Below are positions 41,388 to 51,884 of a stretch of 64,000 bases of DNA, piece after piece. The notes beneath the pieces were generated by a model. That model had not been told where the DNA came from. It searched no databases and was given only the letters and a program-made list of their open reading frames with translations. The stretch is from Candidatus Altimarinota bacterium. GTDB lineage: Bacteria; Patescibacteriota; Gracilibacteria; UBA4473. Location of the stretch: positions 640,001 through 704,000 of the forward strand of contig OZ246423.1 of the NCBI GenBank assembly GCA_965231215.1, written 5' to 3'. Position 1 is the stretch's first letter; every line of letters begins with the position of its first letter. Made by a program: the position numbers and the translations under genes.

Positions 41388-41389
41388 TT

Positions 41390-43306
41390 TTAGTAGTTAG
41401 TGTCTTTAGGTTCTTCGGAATTTTCATCTGAAGATGCTTCTTTTTTGCCCATCCACCCGAATGGCTTTTTTACCAAATTGCCCACTTTCTCAGCTCCAGA
41501 CTTGGTCGCGTCGAAGCTAGACTTACCAAAGGCTTTAGCACTCCCAGCCATGCCGGCATTGGTACCAGTAGAACTCTTTCCTTCTTGGTTTTGCAGGATG
41601 TAGGTTTCTAAATCTTCTAAAAAAAATGGGCGCCCATTCCATTTCAGTAACTGCCCAGCAAAGTGATGTTCAGTGTGCTGCTGGATGAGGCTTCCCAGTT
41701 GGCCGGAATGATTTCCTTCAACCAGATGCACATTTTTATTATCTTTAAAAAACTGTTTCAACTTTTCAGTTTTGAGTGGCCAGAGGTAGCTGAAGTGTAA
41801 ATAGTTTACTTTTCGTCCTTCTTTCTCATGCTCAGCAATAGCGTCTAACATAATGTTTTTGCTGCTGCCCCAACCTACGAAGGAGATATCGGCATCAGCC
41901 ACTTCCCCATAAACTTCTGGCTCTGGGGTATGCGCTTTAATGATTTCGAGTTTTCGGCATCGTTTTTCGTACATATGCCCGGCACTTTCTTCTTCGTCCA
42001 AGGTTCCATCTGGGCCGTGTTCGTCTCCATTAGCGAAGTAGTAAGCCTCGCTCGATCCTGGAATCCAGCGTTTGGAAACGCCGCTTTCGGTTAAAGCGTA
42101 ACGATCTGTGTTTTTAAGATTTTTAAGGTCGTCTCCCTCAACGAGCCCTCGTTTGATCATAATTTTGTTTTGTTCAAAGGGTTTTATGGTCACCAGGGTT
42201 TCAGCAATGTTTTTATCCGAGAGGACAATCACCGGAATTTGGTACTCCTCGGCAAAATTAAAAGCGTGTTGAATGAGATCAAAACAGTCTTCTGGATCGC
42301 TTACGCCAATCACCATCCGAGCAAACTCCCCGTGTGAAGAATAAAGGGCTAAATTTAAATCTCCTTGCCCAGTCCAAGTAGGGAGCCCTGTGCCCGGGCC
42401 GGGTCTTTGCACGACAATACAGACGAAGGGCGTTTCGATAATTCCAGAAAGACTAACGGTTTCGGTCATCAGGTCGTACCCTCCGCCAGAAGTGGCACAC
42501 AAAGCGCGGGTTCCCGCGTGCATAGACCCTAGGGTTAAGTTAGCCACGGTGATTTCATCTTCTCCTTGCTTTACGACATAACCGAACTCTTTTTGGTGGT
42601 TAGCCATGTGGGTCAAAATAGAACTAGAAGGGCTCATTGGATAAGCATAATAAGCCCGAACTCCAGCCTGGATAGCCCCTAGAGCCAGACTGTAATTCCC
42701 GTCAATAAAGATTGTTTTTTCATTGTTTTCTGGAAGGGCTAAAGGTTTTAGAGATTCAGAGCGTTCGTATCCAAGGCGAGCACACTCAATATTTGGGGGA
42801 ATGATTTTTGGCTTATGAGCAAATTGCGCTTGGATTTCTGCTTCTAGGTTTTCAAATGGCAGACCTAAAACCTTCCAGGTCATTCCCAGCAAAACGGTGT
42901 TTTTCATAAGATGATTGCCGCCGGCTTCTTCGGTAACTTCACGGGCATTTTGATGCACTACTTTGGCGTGTTTTTTTTCGGCTTTATCGAGGATTTCTTT
43001 AATCCCATTGAGTCTTTCATATCCGTGAATAAGGATTCCATTTTCAGATAAGGTATCAATGTAATGAGCCATGCAGGGTTTATCTATGGCCACCATGATA
43101 TCGGGAGTTTGCGATAGAGCGTGAATTTTTTTGGTTGAGAGATTGAGGGTAAAACAAGAAGTACCGCCTTTGATCAAAGAGGGATATTCTCGATCCGCTA
43201 CAACATAAAATCCGAGATTTTCGAGTCCCTTAGCCAAAATGGTTCCAGTAGAGAGCAAGCCCCCATATCCTGAATGCCCCACAACGCGTATACGAACTCT
43301 TTCCAT
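41390..43306 (-). CDS. 2-oxoacid:acceptor oxidoreductase alpha subunit
   Basis: YPSLIKGG, YPMSP, EDE, TSGGG, QRPGPGTGLPT. Confidence 0.92.
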   Translation of the reverse strand: MERVRIRVVGHSGYGGLLSTGTILAKGLENLGFYVVADREYPSLIKGGTSCFTLNLSTKKIHALSQTPDIMVAIDKPCMAHYIDTLSENGILIHGYERLNGIKEILDKAEKKHAKVVHQNAREVTEEAGGNHLMKNTVLLGMTWKVLGLPFENLEAEIQAQFAHKPKIIPPNIECARLGYERSESLKPLALPENNEKTIFIDGNYSLALGAIQAGVRAYYAYPMSPSSSILTHMANHQKEFGYVVKQGEDEITVANLTLGSMHAGTRALCATSGGGYDLMTETVSLSGIIETPFVCIVVQRPGPGTGLPTWTGQGDLNLALYSSHGEFARMVIGVSDPEDCFDLIQHAFNFAEEYQIPVIVLSDKNIAETLVTIKPFEQNKIMIKRGLVEGDDLKNLKNTDRYALTESGVSKRWIPGSSEAYYFANGDEHGPDGTLDEEESAGHMYEKRCRKLEIIKAHTPEPEVYGEVADADISFVGWGSSKNIMLDAIAEHEKEGRKVNYLHFSYLWPLKTEKLKQFFKDNKNVHLVEGNHSGQLGSLIQQHTEHHFAGQLLKWNGRPFFLEDLETYILQNQEGKSSTGTNAGMAGSAKAFGKSSFDATKSGAEKVGNLVKKPFGWMGKKEASSDENSEEPKDTNY

Positions 43307-43308
43307 GT

Positions 43309-43758
43309 TTAAATTTTTGTAATAAGTGTATTAGTCCAATCCTTAACCTTATTTTCTAGCTGAGGGAGTGGAGATTTGTTAATTTTCAGAGCCTCACACA
43401 GGAGGGTCCCCTTATGGCTTTTAACATACTCCTCCAAAATATTGGCCGATTCAATATTATAATCTGTATCATACCGAGAGTCCCCTAATCCGACTACGGC
43501 GCAGCGCTGCCCCTGAAGATCTAAGTGTTGAATTCTCGGCCAAAAGGATTTTTTAAAGTGATCTTCTAGTTCTCCGTGCTCATAAGTAGAACAGCCTAAA
43601 ATAAGGAGGTCATGGCCCGTAAGATGGTCTTCTGGAAAGTGTTCACACCGATGGATGGCTACCTGGTGTGCGGCTTCTTGGAGTAAAACGGCAATATATT
43701 CACAGACCATTTTGGTATTTCCACTGTTGGAACCGAAAACTATTTGTATGTTTGCCAT
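43309..43758 (-). CDS. Flavodoxin
   Basis: GSNSGNT, GCSTY..G, VGLGD. Confidence 0.9.
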   Translation of the reverse strand: MANIQIVFGSNSGNTKMVCEYIAVLLQEAAHQVAIHRCEHFPEDHLTGHDLLILGCSTYEHGELEDHFKKSFWPRIQHLDLQGQRCAVVGLGDSRYDTDYNIESANILEEYVKSHKGTLLCEALKINKSPLPQLENKVKDWTNTLITKI

Positions 43759-43922
43759 TTGTGTTCGAATTTATTTTCGCGAAAGTTGGCTAAATCACCA
43801 GAAAAAGTTACAGAATTGTGCTTGACGCGCTTTATTTTCTGATCAACAATTAAGTGTAAAAAATACAGTTGATAAAAAACATAGTTCATGTATAATACAA
43901 GGTATTTGTTTTAAACTCTTAA

Positions 43923-45809
43923 ATGACCAAACTTATCAAACTTCATAAACGAAAATTTGTTTTAGGACTCGCAATCTTGGCTTTATTTGTAGGATTTAAG
44001 GTTTTACAACACTCTAAAGGGCCTGAAAAAGAAGCGCAACAAGAAACAAACCAAACCGGAGCGGTAGAAAAGCAAGCGAGCACCATTTCTTTTGGGAGTT
44101 GGGATCCAGAGGCTTTTAGGGAGGTTTTGGGAACGGTTGAATCAGATAGCGAGGTGAATGTTAAAGCGGAGCTTTCAGGAACCATCGATTCGGTTTTAGT
44201 AAAGGTAGGTGATACTGTCGGGAAAGGACAAACAATTGCTCGCTACAAGATTGCTGGAGACCCGACAGCTATTAATTATCAAAGTGCACTCAATAGTTTA
44301 CAAACGACCAAGCTTTCTTCAGAAAATAGTGTTAGATCTTCTGAGATCGCTCTCCAGAACGCTAAAGATTCTTTGGCTCAGACTATCGCTCAACAAGACC
44401 AAACTTATGCTCAGGCTTACGAAGCCCTAAAGGTGGCGGCTCGAAATACAGAAAATGTGATTGCCAATGCGTTAGATGTTTTGGATCAGTTTTTGCTCTA
44501 CTCAAACAAATATCGGTTTAACCAAGCCCTTTCTTATTACCGAGTAGGCAATAATAATACAATTGAAGAGTCCGCACTAAAATCCATAGCGGGGCAGAAA
44601 TACCAAGAATTTAAAAGGCTTCAGGATCTTCCCTACAAGGCGACCGAAGCCCAGGTTATTAGCTATGCTAACGCCCGGCTTAATGTAGCTAAGGATTTGA
44701 GAGAGGCGGTAACGCGCCTAGAACAGCTGGTTGAAAAATCTACTATTTCTGACAATCTTTCAGAAGCGCAAAAACAAACATTTGTAGCCAGTGTGGAAGG
44801 CTTGCAGTCCCAAATTAATGGCGAGGTTTCCTCGCTGCAGTCTCAAATAGAATCAGCCAAAGGGGTTCGTGAACAAGTGCGGCTTGGCATCTTAAATGCC
44901 CAAAATGCCGTTAAAAGTGCAGAGCAAAATCTAGAACTCGCTCAAGCGCAGGCCGACGCCAGCGTGATTGGGGCGCAAAACCAAGTAAACTTAGCAGCGG
45001 CCTCACAAGCAGATTTATATGTAAAAGCGCCTATTGCTGGAAAAGTTTCTGAAAAAACAGTCAATGTGGGAGATTTAGTAAGTCCAGGGAGCCCCCTGTT
45101 TTCAATTGTGAATGAACAAGCCAATAAGAAAGTAGTAGCTTTCCTCACCCTTGAAGAATGGGAAAGTGCTAGTAAGGCAGACACCGTTGAAGTGAGAGTA
45201 GGAAATCAGAGTTATGCTGTAACGGATATTTTTCTCAGTCCGAAGCTCAACACTCAAACCCAAAAAGTACTGGCGGAGTTCACGATTCCAGGAGGCATAA
45301 CCTTAGTAGGGAACTTGGCCAAAGTTTTGGTGCCATTTGGATCTAGCAACGAGAATCCCAACATGGTCCCTTTCTCGGCTGTTTCCTTTGAACCAGATGG
45401 AGCTGAGGTGTTAGTCTTAGGGGCGGATAATATTGCGGAAAGAAGAAAAGTTCAGGTAGGAAAAGTAGTAGTCAGCAGTATTGAAATTATAGGCGGATTA
45501 GAACCAGAAGACCAAGTGGTAGAGTACTACAAAAGAGCTTTGCCAGGGGAGCGAATAGTTCATGAAAAAGTAAAAAAAGTAAAATCGGTGAAACTTTCTA
45601 GCCAATTCACCGATGAAGAAATCATCCAAATGATTGGAGGAGTTCAGGAAGTTGATGCTGAAAAAATAGAGCTGGCAAGGGCTCTTATTGATGATCCAGA
45701 ATTTTTAGAATTTATGGAAATCACCGAAGAAGATGTGGCCAGCCTAAAAATCGACATGCCAGAATCAGAGGAAGAAATAAAAGAAGTATTCGGTCAGTTT
45801 CTTAACTAA
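43923..45809 (+). CDS. RND membrane-fusion/adaptor protein with long coiled coil
   Basis: TM anchor, V.VGD.V.KGQ, KAPIAG.V, VP.SAV, GL...D.VV; acidic C-terminal extension. Confidence 0.85.
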   Translation: MTKLIKLHKRKFVLGLAILALFVGFKVLQHSKGPEKEAQQETNQTGAVEKQASTISFGSWDPEAFREVLGTVESDSEVNVKAELSGTIDSVLVKVGDTVGKGQTIARYKIAGDPTAINYQSALNSLQTTKLSSENSVRSSEIALQNAKDSLAQTIAQQDQTYAQAYEALKVAARNTENVIANALDVLDQFLLYSNKYRFNQALSYYRVGNNNTIEESALKSIAGQKYQEFKRLQDLPYKATEAQVISYANARLNVAKDLREAVTRLEQLVEKSTISDNLSEAQKQTFVASVEGLQSQINGEVSSLQSQIESAKGVREQVRLGILNAQNAVKSAEQNLELAQAQADASVIGAQNQVNLAAASQADLYVKAPIAGKVSEKTVNVGDLVSPGSPLFSIVNEQANKKVVAFLTLEEWESASKADTVEVRVGNQSYAVTDIFLSPKLNTQTQKVLAEFTIPGGITLVGNLAKVLVPFGSSNENPNMVPFSAVSFEPDGAEVLVLGADNIAERRKVQVGKVVVSSIEIIGGLEPEDQVVEYYKRALPGERIVHEKVKKVKSVKLSSQFTDEEIIQMIGGVQEVDAEKIELARALIDDPEFLEFMEITEEDVASLKIDMPESEEEIKEVFGQFLN

Positions 45810-48800
45810 TGTCACAAAACCTTTCTCAGCTTTGGACCTTTTTTCTCGAACGATTTCGGGTGACGTTATTGTTTAGCCTGTTGTTTTTCATTTTTGGGCT
45901 CTTTTCTTACAACTCTATGCCGCAAGAAAATACGCCAGATATTGAAATTCCTATCGTTGTTGTAACCACTATTTGGCCAGGGGCTACTGCCGAAGACATG
46001 GAAAACCTAGTAACCGATAAGATTGAAACAGAGATTAAAAATGTTGATGACTTAAAAGAGTATAGCTCTACCTCAGCCCCAGGAATTTCCAGCATTGTAG
46101 CTGAGTTTGAGATTGGGACTGATATGACCGAAAATACCAACAAAATTGAAGATGCGGTTGATGATGCTCTGCCAAAATTGCCGGACTCTCTGCCTGATGA
46201 TCCAAATATTGAACAGGCTAATATCTCCTCTGTCCCAATTTTAACATTGGCACTTTCTGGAGACTACGCTTATTCGCAGCTCAAACAATTTGCCGAAAAC
46301 CTTTCAGATGATTTAGAGACTATTGACGGGGTTAAAGAAGCCCGACTTTCTGGAGTGCCAGATGAACAATTCCACTTTTATATTGATCCAATTAAGCTCC
46401 AGGGGCTTGGGCTTTCCTTGGATGAGGTGACGCAAAAGATTCGACTCGCCCACCAAGACATTCCTCTTGGAGCGATTAAAGTTAGGGGAGAATCTGTGGA
46501 TGTAAGAATTTCTGGAGAAATAGAATCGGTTCAAGAGTTTATGACTTTACCTATCCAAACCGCCAATGGACAAGTCATTCGGCTTGAAGATATTGGAGAA
46601 GTTCGACGGGAGTTTGATGAACTCACTGTTGAAAAATTTATTTCCACAGGGAGTCCTTCAGAACGTTTCGTGGCGATTGATATTCTTAAAGCAGAGACCA
46701 AAACTAATATCCCAAAAACGGTCGAAACCATTTTAGAAAAAGTAGAAGAATACAAGAACGAAGGCCTTTTTCCAGCCAACTTAAAAACCAATATTGTCTT
46801 TAACTCGGCTGAAGATATTGAAAAAAGTTTAGGAGAACTATTTGATAGTGGGTTCCAGACACTTCTTGTAATTGGTATTGTACTGCTCTTGGCTTTGGGG
46901 TGGAGAGAGTCCATACTCGCTTTTGTGGCGGTTCCATTAACGCTGCTTATGGCGATCATGGGACTGTATTTGATTGGAGAAACCTTTAATTTTCTTTCGC
47001 TTTTTGCCCTAGTGCTTGCGTTGGGGCTCTTGGTAGATAATGCCATTATTATGACCGAAGGAATCTCAGAAGGGATTTATGCCAAGAAGATGACTCCACT
47101 GGAGGCCGCAAAAGACTCCTTATATCAATTTAGATGGCCGGTAATCACTGGGACGACGACGACCATGTTTGCCTTTGTGCCAATGTTGTTTATGATTTCA
47201 GGAATTTCTGGGGAGTTTATTGAGGGGATCCCCAAAACGGTAATTTTGGTGCTCTCTGCTTCCCTCTTTGTATCCCTGTTTATTTTGCCGGTATTCGGAG
47301 TGATGTTTTTTCACTTATTCCCGCCACAGTCTCATAGAGACCCAAAAATTATGAACAAGGCGAAGTCATACTACCAAAAATTTATGATCTACATCTTTGC
47401 CAAAAAAAGAAGAGTTTATGCAACGCTAGGCTTGTCTTTTTTGACGATGATATTCGCGTTTTGGCTTCCCGCCACTGGCAGGGTGTCAGTGGAGATTTTC
47501 CCCCCATCAGATGAAAACTTTTTTACAGCTTCTATTGAGGCTCCAGCCGGAACAGACTTAGAAACGATGAAGGCTTTATTGCCAGAAGTAGATGCCGTGT
47601 TTCTTCCTTATTTTGAAGAAGAGGATAGATGGCTTAAAAATTTCCAAATATCTGTCGGTGAATTTTCTCCCTATGACCCAAACAATGATGGGCGTAATGG
47701 AAGTGTTGGGTCTAATGAGAATGTTATTGGGATCACCATTAATCTTTTTGATAAAACGGAGCGAAATATTTCGTCTCTAGATCTTTCTCCAAAAGTTCGT
47801 GAAGATCTAAAAGCCGCATTGCCCGGCTATCTAGATGTTAAAATTTCAGAAGTACAATCAGGGCCTCCAGGAGGAGACCAGCCTATCAAAGTGGAGATGA
47901 CGAGTGAAGACGTTAACCGCCTCAATCTGCTTGTAAAGGAAATGGGGAAAAGTCTGGAATCAATGACACTCCCCAATGGGGCTAAACTTAAAAATATTTC
48001 TGACAACCAAGGAGATCCAGTGCCCCAAATGACGTGGCGATTTGATAGAGAAAAATTAGACCGATACAATCTTACTCCAGGTTCACTTCAACAAACCCTG
48101 CGAGCGGGGATTGAAGGTATTACTATTTTAGAAATCAGTGAAGGCACTGAAGAAATTGACGTAGATGCGCGGTTTGATTTCCAAGGAAATCGAATCTGGG
48201 AAAATCCAGAATCACTCGATATTTTATCTCAAATCCCAATCAAAACCCCAACAGGCGACTTTATCAAGCTTTCTGATGTAGCGGATTTTAAAATTGTATT
48301 AGAGCAAACCAGCTTCAAACACCTAGACGGAAAAAGAACCATTTCTGTAGGAGCCGCTATTGAAGGTTCAGCTACAGCGGCCCAATTTACTCCACAACTC
48401 GAAGAAGCCATTGCCGCTCTATCAACGCAAGCGGGAGATCAAGTAAACATTGGAGGGGATAATGAAGAGTCCTCTCGGTTGGTTACAGAGATGGGATTGG
48501 CCATGCTTTTGGCGGTATTTCTCATTCTGGGAGTACTGATTTTACAGTTTGATTCTTTCCTTGAAGCCGGAGTGATTATTTCACTCCTTCCCCTTTCGCT
48601 TACGGGAGTGTTCCTTGGGTTCTGGCTTTCTGGAACACCGGTTTCTTTTCCGACGATGATTGGGATTGTGGCGCTGGCAGGAATTATTGTAAATGATGCC
48701 ATTGTGCTTATTTCTCAGATCAATACCAACAACCGAATTATTCCCAATAAAATAGAATCGTTTATTGAATCTGGAACTTCACGAATGCAGCCAATTATTT

Positions 48801-49015
48801 TGACCTCTATTACGACTATTTTTGGGTTACTTCCGCTGGCACTTTCTGATCCCATTTGGGAAGGGCTTGGTTTGGCTATTATCTATGGAATGACTTTGGC
48901 GACATTCCTTACAGTCGTATTAGTACCGTGTTTAATTATTTTCTTTGAAGACTTTAATAGTTTTGTTTTTCGGATAGTAATCTGGCCGTTTAAATTTTTT
49001 AGAAGAAATGTCTAG
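45809..49015 (+). CDS. RND permease (AcrB/CzcA family)
   Basis: GLLVDNAII, GIIVNDAIV, R.QPIILTS.TT. Confidence 0.95.
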   Translation: MSQNLSQLWTFFLERFRVTLLFSLLFFIFGLFSYNSMPQENTPDIEIPIVVVTTIWPGATAEDMENLVTDKIETEIKNVDDLKEYSSTSAPGISSIVAEFEIGTDMTENTNKIEDAVDDALPKLPDSLPDDPNIEQANISSVPILTLALSGDYAYSQLKQFAENLSDDLETIDGVKEARLSGVPDEQFHFYIDPIKLQGLGLSLDEVTQKIRLAHQDIPLGAIKVRGESVDVRISGEIESVQEFMTLPIQTANGQVIRLEDIGEVRREFDELTVEKFISTGSPSERFVAIDILKAETKTNIPKTVETILEKVEEYKNEGLFPANLKTNIVFNSAEDIEKSLGELFDSGFQTLLVIGIVLLLALGWRESILAFVAVPLTLLMAIMGLYLIGETFNFLSLFALVLALGLLVDNAIIMTEGISEGIYAKKMTPLEAAKDSLYQFRWPVITGTTTTMFAFVPMLFMISGISGEFIEGIPKTVILVLSASLFVSLFILPVFGVMFFHLFPPQSHRDPKIMNKAKSYYQKFMIYIFAKKRRVYATLGLSFLTMIFAFWLPATGRVSVEIFPPSDENFFTASIEAPAGTDLETMKALLPEVDAVFLPYFEEEDRWLKNFQISVGEFSPYDPNNDGRNGSVGSNENVIGITINLFDKTERNISSLDLSPKVREDLKAALPGYLDVKISEVQSGPPGGDQPIKVEMTSEDVNRLNLLVKEMGKSLESMTLPNGAKLKNISDNQGDPVPQMTWRFDREKLDRYNLTPGSLQQTLRAGIEGITILEISEGTEEIDVDARFDFQGNRIWENPESLDILSQIPIKTPTGDFIKLSDVADFKIVLEQTSFKHLDGKRTISVGAAIEGSATAAQFTPQLEEAIAALSTQAGDQVNIGGDNEESSRLVTEMGLAMLLAVFLILGVLILQFDSFLEAGVIISLLPLSLTGVFLGFWLSGTPVSFPTMIGIVALAGIIVNDAIVLISQINTNNRIIPNKIESFIESGTSRMQPIILTSITTIFGLLPLALSDPIWEGLGLAIIYGMTLATFLTVVLVPCLIIFFEDFNSFVFRIVIWPFKFFRRNV

Positions 49016-49265
49016 TTCGGAGGGAGTCCCTAAAAAAATTTTGGATGAAGGCTTACGTGTTAGCAATTTAGAATGAGTTAAGCCTGGGGATTTAGTTGAA
49101 GCTAAGCGAGACGTTAGAGGTTCGGTAGAAACCTTAGTAAAGGGCGTTAAATATCGTGTTGAAAAATTTGTACCTTCAGATTTAGGAACTTGTACAAGGC
49201 ATTTGCGTTTAAAGTTAGAAGGGCATCAAGGGAATTTTAATCTCAAACGTTTTAAAAAGTGTTAA
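49008..49265 (+). pseudogene. Small SH3/KOW-like ORF with one in-frame TGA
   Basis: MSSSEGVPKKILDEGLRVSNLE*VKPGDLVEAKRDVRGSVETLVKGVKYRVEKF...RFKKC; fills the gap between the RND gene and yigZ. Confidence 0.55.
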
Positions 49266-49268
49266 AAT

Positions 49269-49691
49269 TTGAAAGTGAAAACTGATCAGTCCAGAATTGA
49301 TTTTTTAGACGGAAATACTTTTGATTCAGAATTTTTACTATTTGAAAATATTATCGTTGATCGAGGTTCTAAATACTCGGTGAGTGGAGGGACTATTCAG
49401 AATCGAGAGGAAGCTAAAGCGTTTCTAAAACGGCTTAAATCAGATAAGAAGTATGCAAAAGCTACCCATAACACCTGGGCGGCACGGATAAGTAAGAGTG
49501 GGCAGATTTGGGAAACCAAAAACGATGATGGAGAAACGGGTGCGGGGGCAGTAATTCTCCGAATTTTACAAAAAGAAAACTATACCAACTGTATTGTGGT
49601 GGTAACGCGTTGGTTTGGCGGGAAAAAACTTGGAACAGATCGTTATAAACATGTTCAAGAGGCGACTAAGTATCTGATTTCCAACCACTAA
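49269..49691 (+). CDS. YigZ/IMPACT-family protein
   Basis: ATHN..A, DDGE.GAG, VVVTRWFGG.KLG. Confidence 0.9.
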   Translation: MKVKTDQSRIDFLDGNTFDSEFLLFENIIVDRGSKYSVSGGTIQNREEAKAFLKRLKSDKKYAKATHNTWAARISKSGQIWETKNDDGETGAGAVILRILQKENYTNCIVVVTRWFGGKKLGTDRYKHVQEATKYLISNH

Positions 49692-50095
49692 TTTTTACCA
49701 AGTGCAACCTTTATTTTTCGTAAAGTAGCTTTTGATCTTTCTTGAGCACGGAGGACCCTAACTTCAATCTCCTTTACCATTTCTTTTTTAAGTCTTGATA
49801 GAAGCTCTTTCTCTTTTTCAGAAACTCGCCCCCCCTTCTTGGGTCGAATGTCTCCAAATCCTTTTACTCTTTTTCTTAGGTATTTGACAGCTTCTTCCAT
49901 TCTCGATTCACCTTTGTTTAGATGGTTCAAGAATTGTATAGCCATTATTTCCTCTTTGCGATCGGTAGAGTTTAGTTGATTCCTCACAATTTCTTCAGAA
50001 TTGGCAATGAGGTTTTCCATGGAGTCAGCTTCTTCACTGGGATTTTCAGACACTGATGGATCGTCGAAATGTTCTTCGATTGATAGATCTTTCAT
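49688..50095 (-). CDS. Hypothetical protein
   Basis: 135-aa charged helical ORF. Confidence 0.55.
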   Translation of the reverse strand: MKDLSIEEHFDDPSVSENPSEEADSMENLIANSEEIVRNQLNSTDRKEEIMAIQFLNHLNKGESRMEEAVKYLRKRVKGFGDIRPKKGGRVSEKEKELLSRLKKEMVKEIEVRVLRAQERSKATLRKIKVALGKN

Positions 50096-50174
50096 TATTT
50101 TCTTTTTACAACTTTTTATGTCTTTGTCAAAAACTTTACTTTTTTAGTGTTTCTAATAGATTCGAAGCCTTAGT

Positions 50175-51884
50175 ATGAAGCAAGTAAAAATCTTCGGAGC
50201 GAGACAAAAAGTACACCATGCAGAACTCGTGGAAAAGTTTTTGTGCCAAATTGTAAAAGACCCCCCAAAGTCAGGAAAAAAATTAGAACAAAAAAAGTAT
50301 GAATTTTCAGCCAAAGAACAAATTCCTACTATACAAAATCGGGATTTAATTGTGGTAGCCAGACTGCGAGATTACAAGCTTCCAAGTGGACTAGAAAATC
50401 TGCTTAAAAAACGTTCAGTGAGGACTATTTCTGGGGTTTCTCCGATCGGGATTTTGACTAAGCCGTACCCGTGTCCTGGGCGATGTGTGTACTGTCCTAC
50501 CGAGGATCGGATGCCTAAGAGTTACATGTCTAACCAGCCAGCAGCCGCGAGAGCCGTACGGAACAAATTCCATCCCTACAAACAAGTTTTTAATCGCCTT
50601 ACGGCTTTGCAAGAATCGGGGCATCCAACCTCTAAATTAGAAATTATTGTGATGGGAGGCACGTGGAGTTTTTTGCCGCATAAATACCAAAGCTGGTACA
50701 TCAAAAAGTGTTTTGATGCTGCCAATGAATTTGGAATGACCGAAAGCCAAAAAAAAGCGTATCGCAAAAAAACGACAACGCTCAAAAAATCACAAGACTG
50801 GAACGAAACCGCTGATCATAGAATTATTGGACTAACCCTAGAAACGCGACCAGATTTTATCAATGAACGAGAGCTCGTGCGTATGCGTCGATATGGATGT
50901 ACACGTATTGAAATTGGAGTACAAACGCTAGACGATGAAGTCCAAAGATTGACCAAACGAGGACATGATAGACGTCATGTCATCAAAGCCATGAAGTGGA
51001 TGAAAGACTTCGGGTTCAAAATCTGCTGGCACCTGATGCCCGGGCTTCCGGGAACGACTCTAGAAAAAGATCTCAAATGGATGGAAGAAGTGTTTACCAA
51101 TCCAGATTTTTGTCCAGATTTTGTAAAAATTTATCCATGCGTGGTCTTAGAAACCGCTGAGCTTAAAGAATGGTGGGAAGATGGAAAATATGAACCCTAC
51201 CGAGATGCAGAATTGGTAAAATTACTCACACAGTTTCAAATATTTGTGCCTGAGTGGACACGGATTATGCGATTGATGCGAGATATTCCAGTCAGCAATA
51301 TTTTAGATGGAGCTAAATTTTCGAATCTCCGCCAAATTCTCCAAAACCAACCAGAGAAACTAAAAGAAATTGTCGGAGAAGACTTTTACCAAAAGCACAA
51401 TCTCAAAGAAAAAAGCTATATTTTCCGAGACATTAGAGCCCGAGAAATTGGATTTGCGGATCTTCAAAAACATCCACAACTTAAAGAGTGCAAACTAAAA
51501 ATTGTACGTCGAGATTACCAAGCCAGTGAGGGGTTAGAGACTTTTCTTAGCTTTGAAGATGAAACGGAAGAACATTTATTTGCTTTGCTCAGGCTCCGGA
51601 AACCTAGTGATCAAAAATTCCATCATTTCCGATCGGTCTTTCACAAGGCAGCATTTATCCGAGAAGTGCATTCTTATGGAGGAGAAATTTCTGTGGGAAA
51701 GGGGGAAGGGCTTGGGCAACATCGAGGGCTTGGCAAAAAACTTATTGCAGAAGCCGAACGTATTACTAAAGAGGAATGGAAACTAAATCGCATAACTATT
51801 ATTGCTGGGATTGGTACCCGAGAATACTACAAAAAATGGGGCTATGAATGTGTTAGCACGTATATGACGAAAAAATTATCATGA
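50175..51884 (+). CDS. Elp3-type tRNA U34 carboxymethylation enzyme (radical SAM plus GNAT)
   Basis: RTISGV, CPGRCVYCP, ETRPD, REVHSYG, QHRGLG, GTREYY. Confidence 0.93.
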   Translation: MKQVKIFGARQKVHHAELVEKFLCQIVKDPPKSGKKLEQKKYEFSAKEQIPTIQNRDLIVVARLRDYKLPSGLENLLKKRSVRTISGVSPIGILTKPYPCPGRCVYCPTEDRMPKSYMSNQPAAARAVRNKFHPYKQVFNRLTALQESGHPTSKLEIIVMGGTWSFLPHKYQSWYIKKCFDAANEFGMTESQKKAYRKKTTTLKKSQDWNETADHRIIGLTLETRPDFINERELVRMRRYGCTRIEIGVQTLDDEVQRLTKRGHDRRHVIKAMKWMKDFGFKICWHLMPGLPGTTLEKDLKWMEEVFTNPDFCPDFVKIYPCVVLETAELKEWWEDGKYEPYRDAELVKLLTQFQIFVPEWTRIMRLMRDIPVSNILDGAKFSNLRQILQNQPEKLKEIVGEDFYQKHNLKEKSYIFRDIRAREIGFADLQKHPQLKECKLKIVRRDYQASEGLETFLSFEDETEEHLFALLRLRKPSDQKFHHFRSVFHKAAFIREVHSYGGEISVGKGEGLGQHRGLGKKLIAEAERITKEEWKLNRITIIAGIGTREYYKKWGYECVSTYMTKKLS

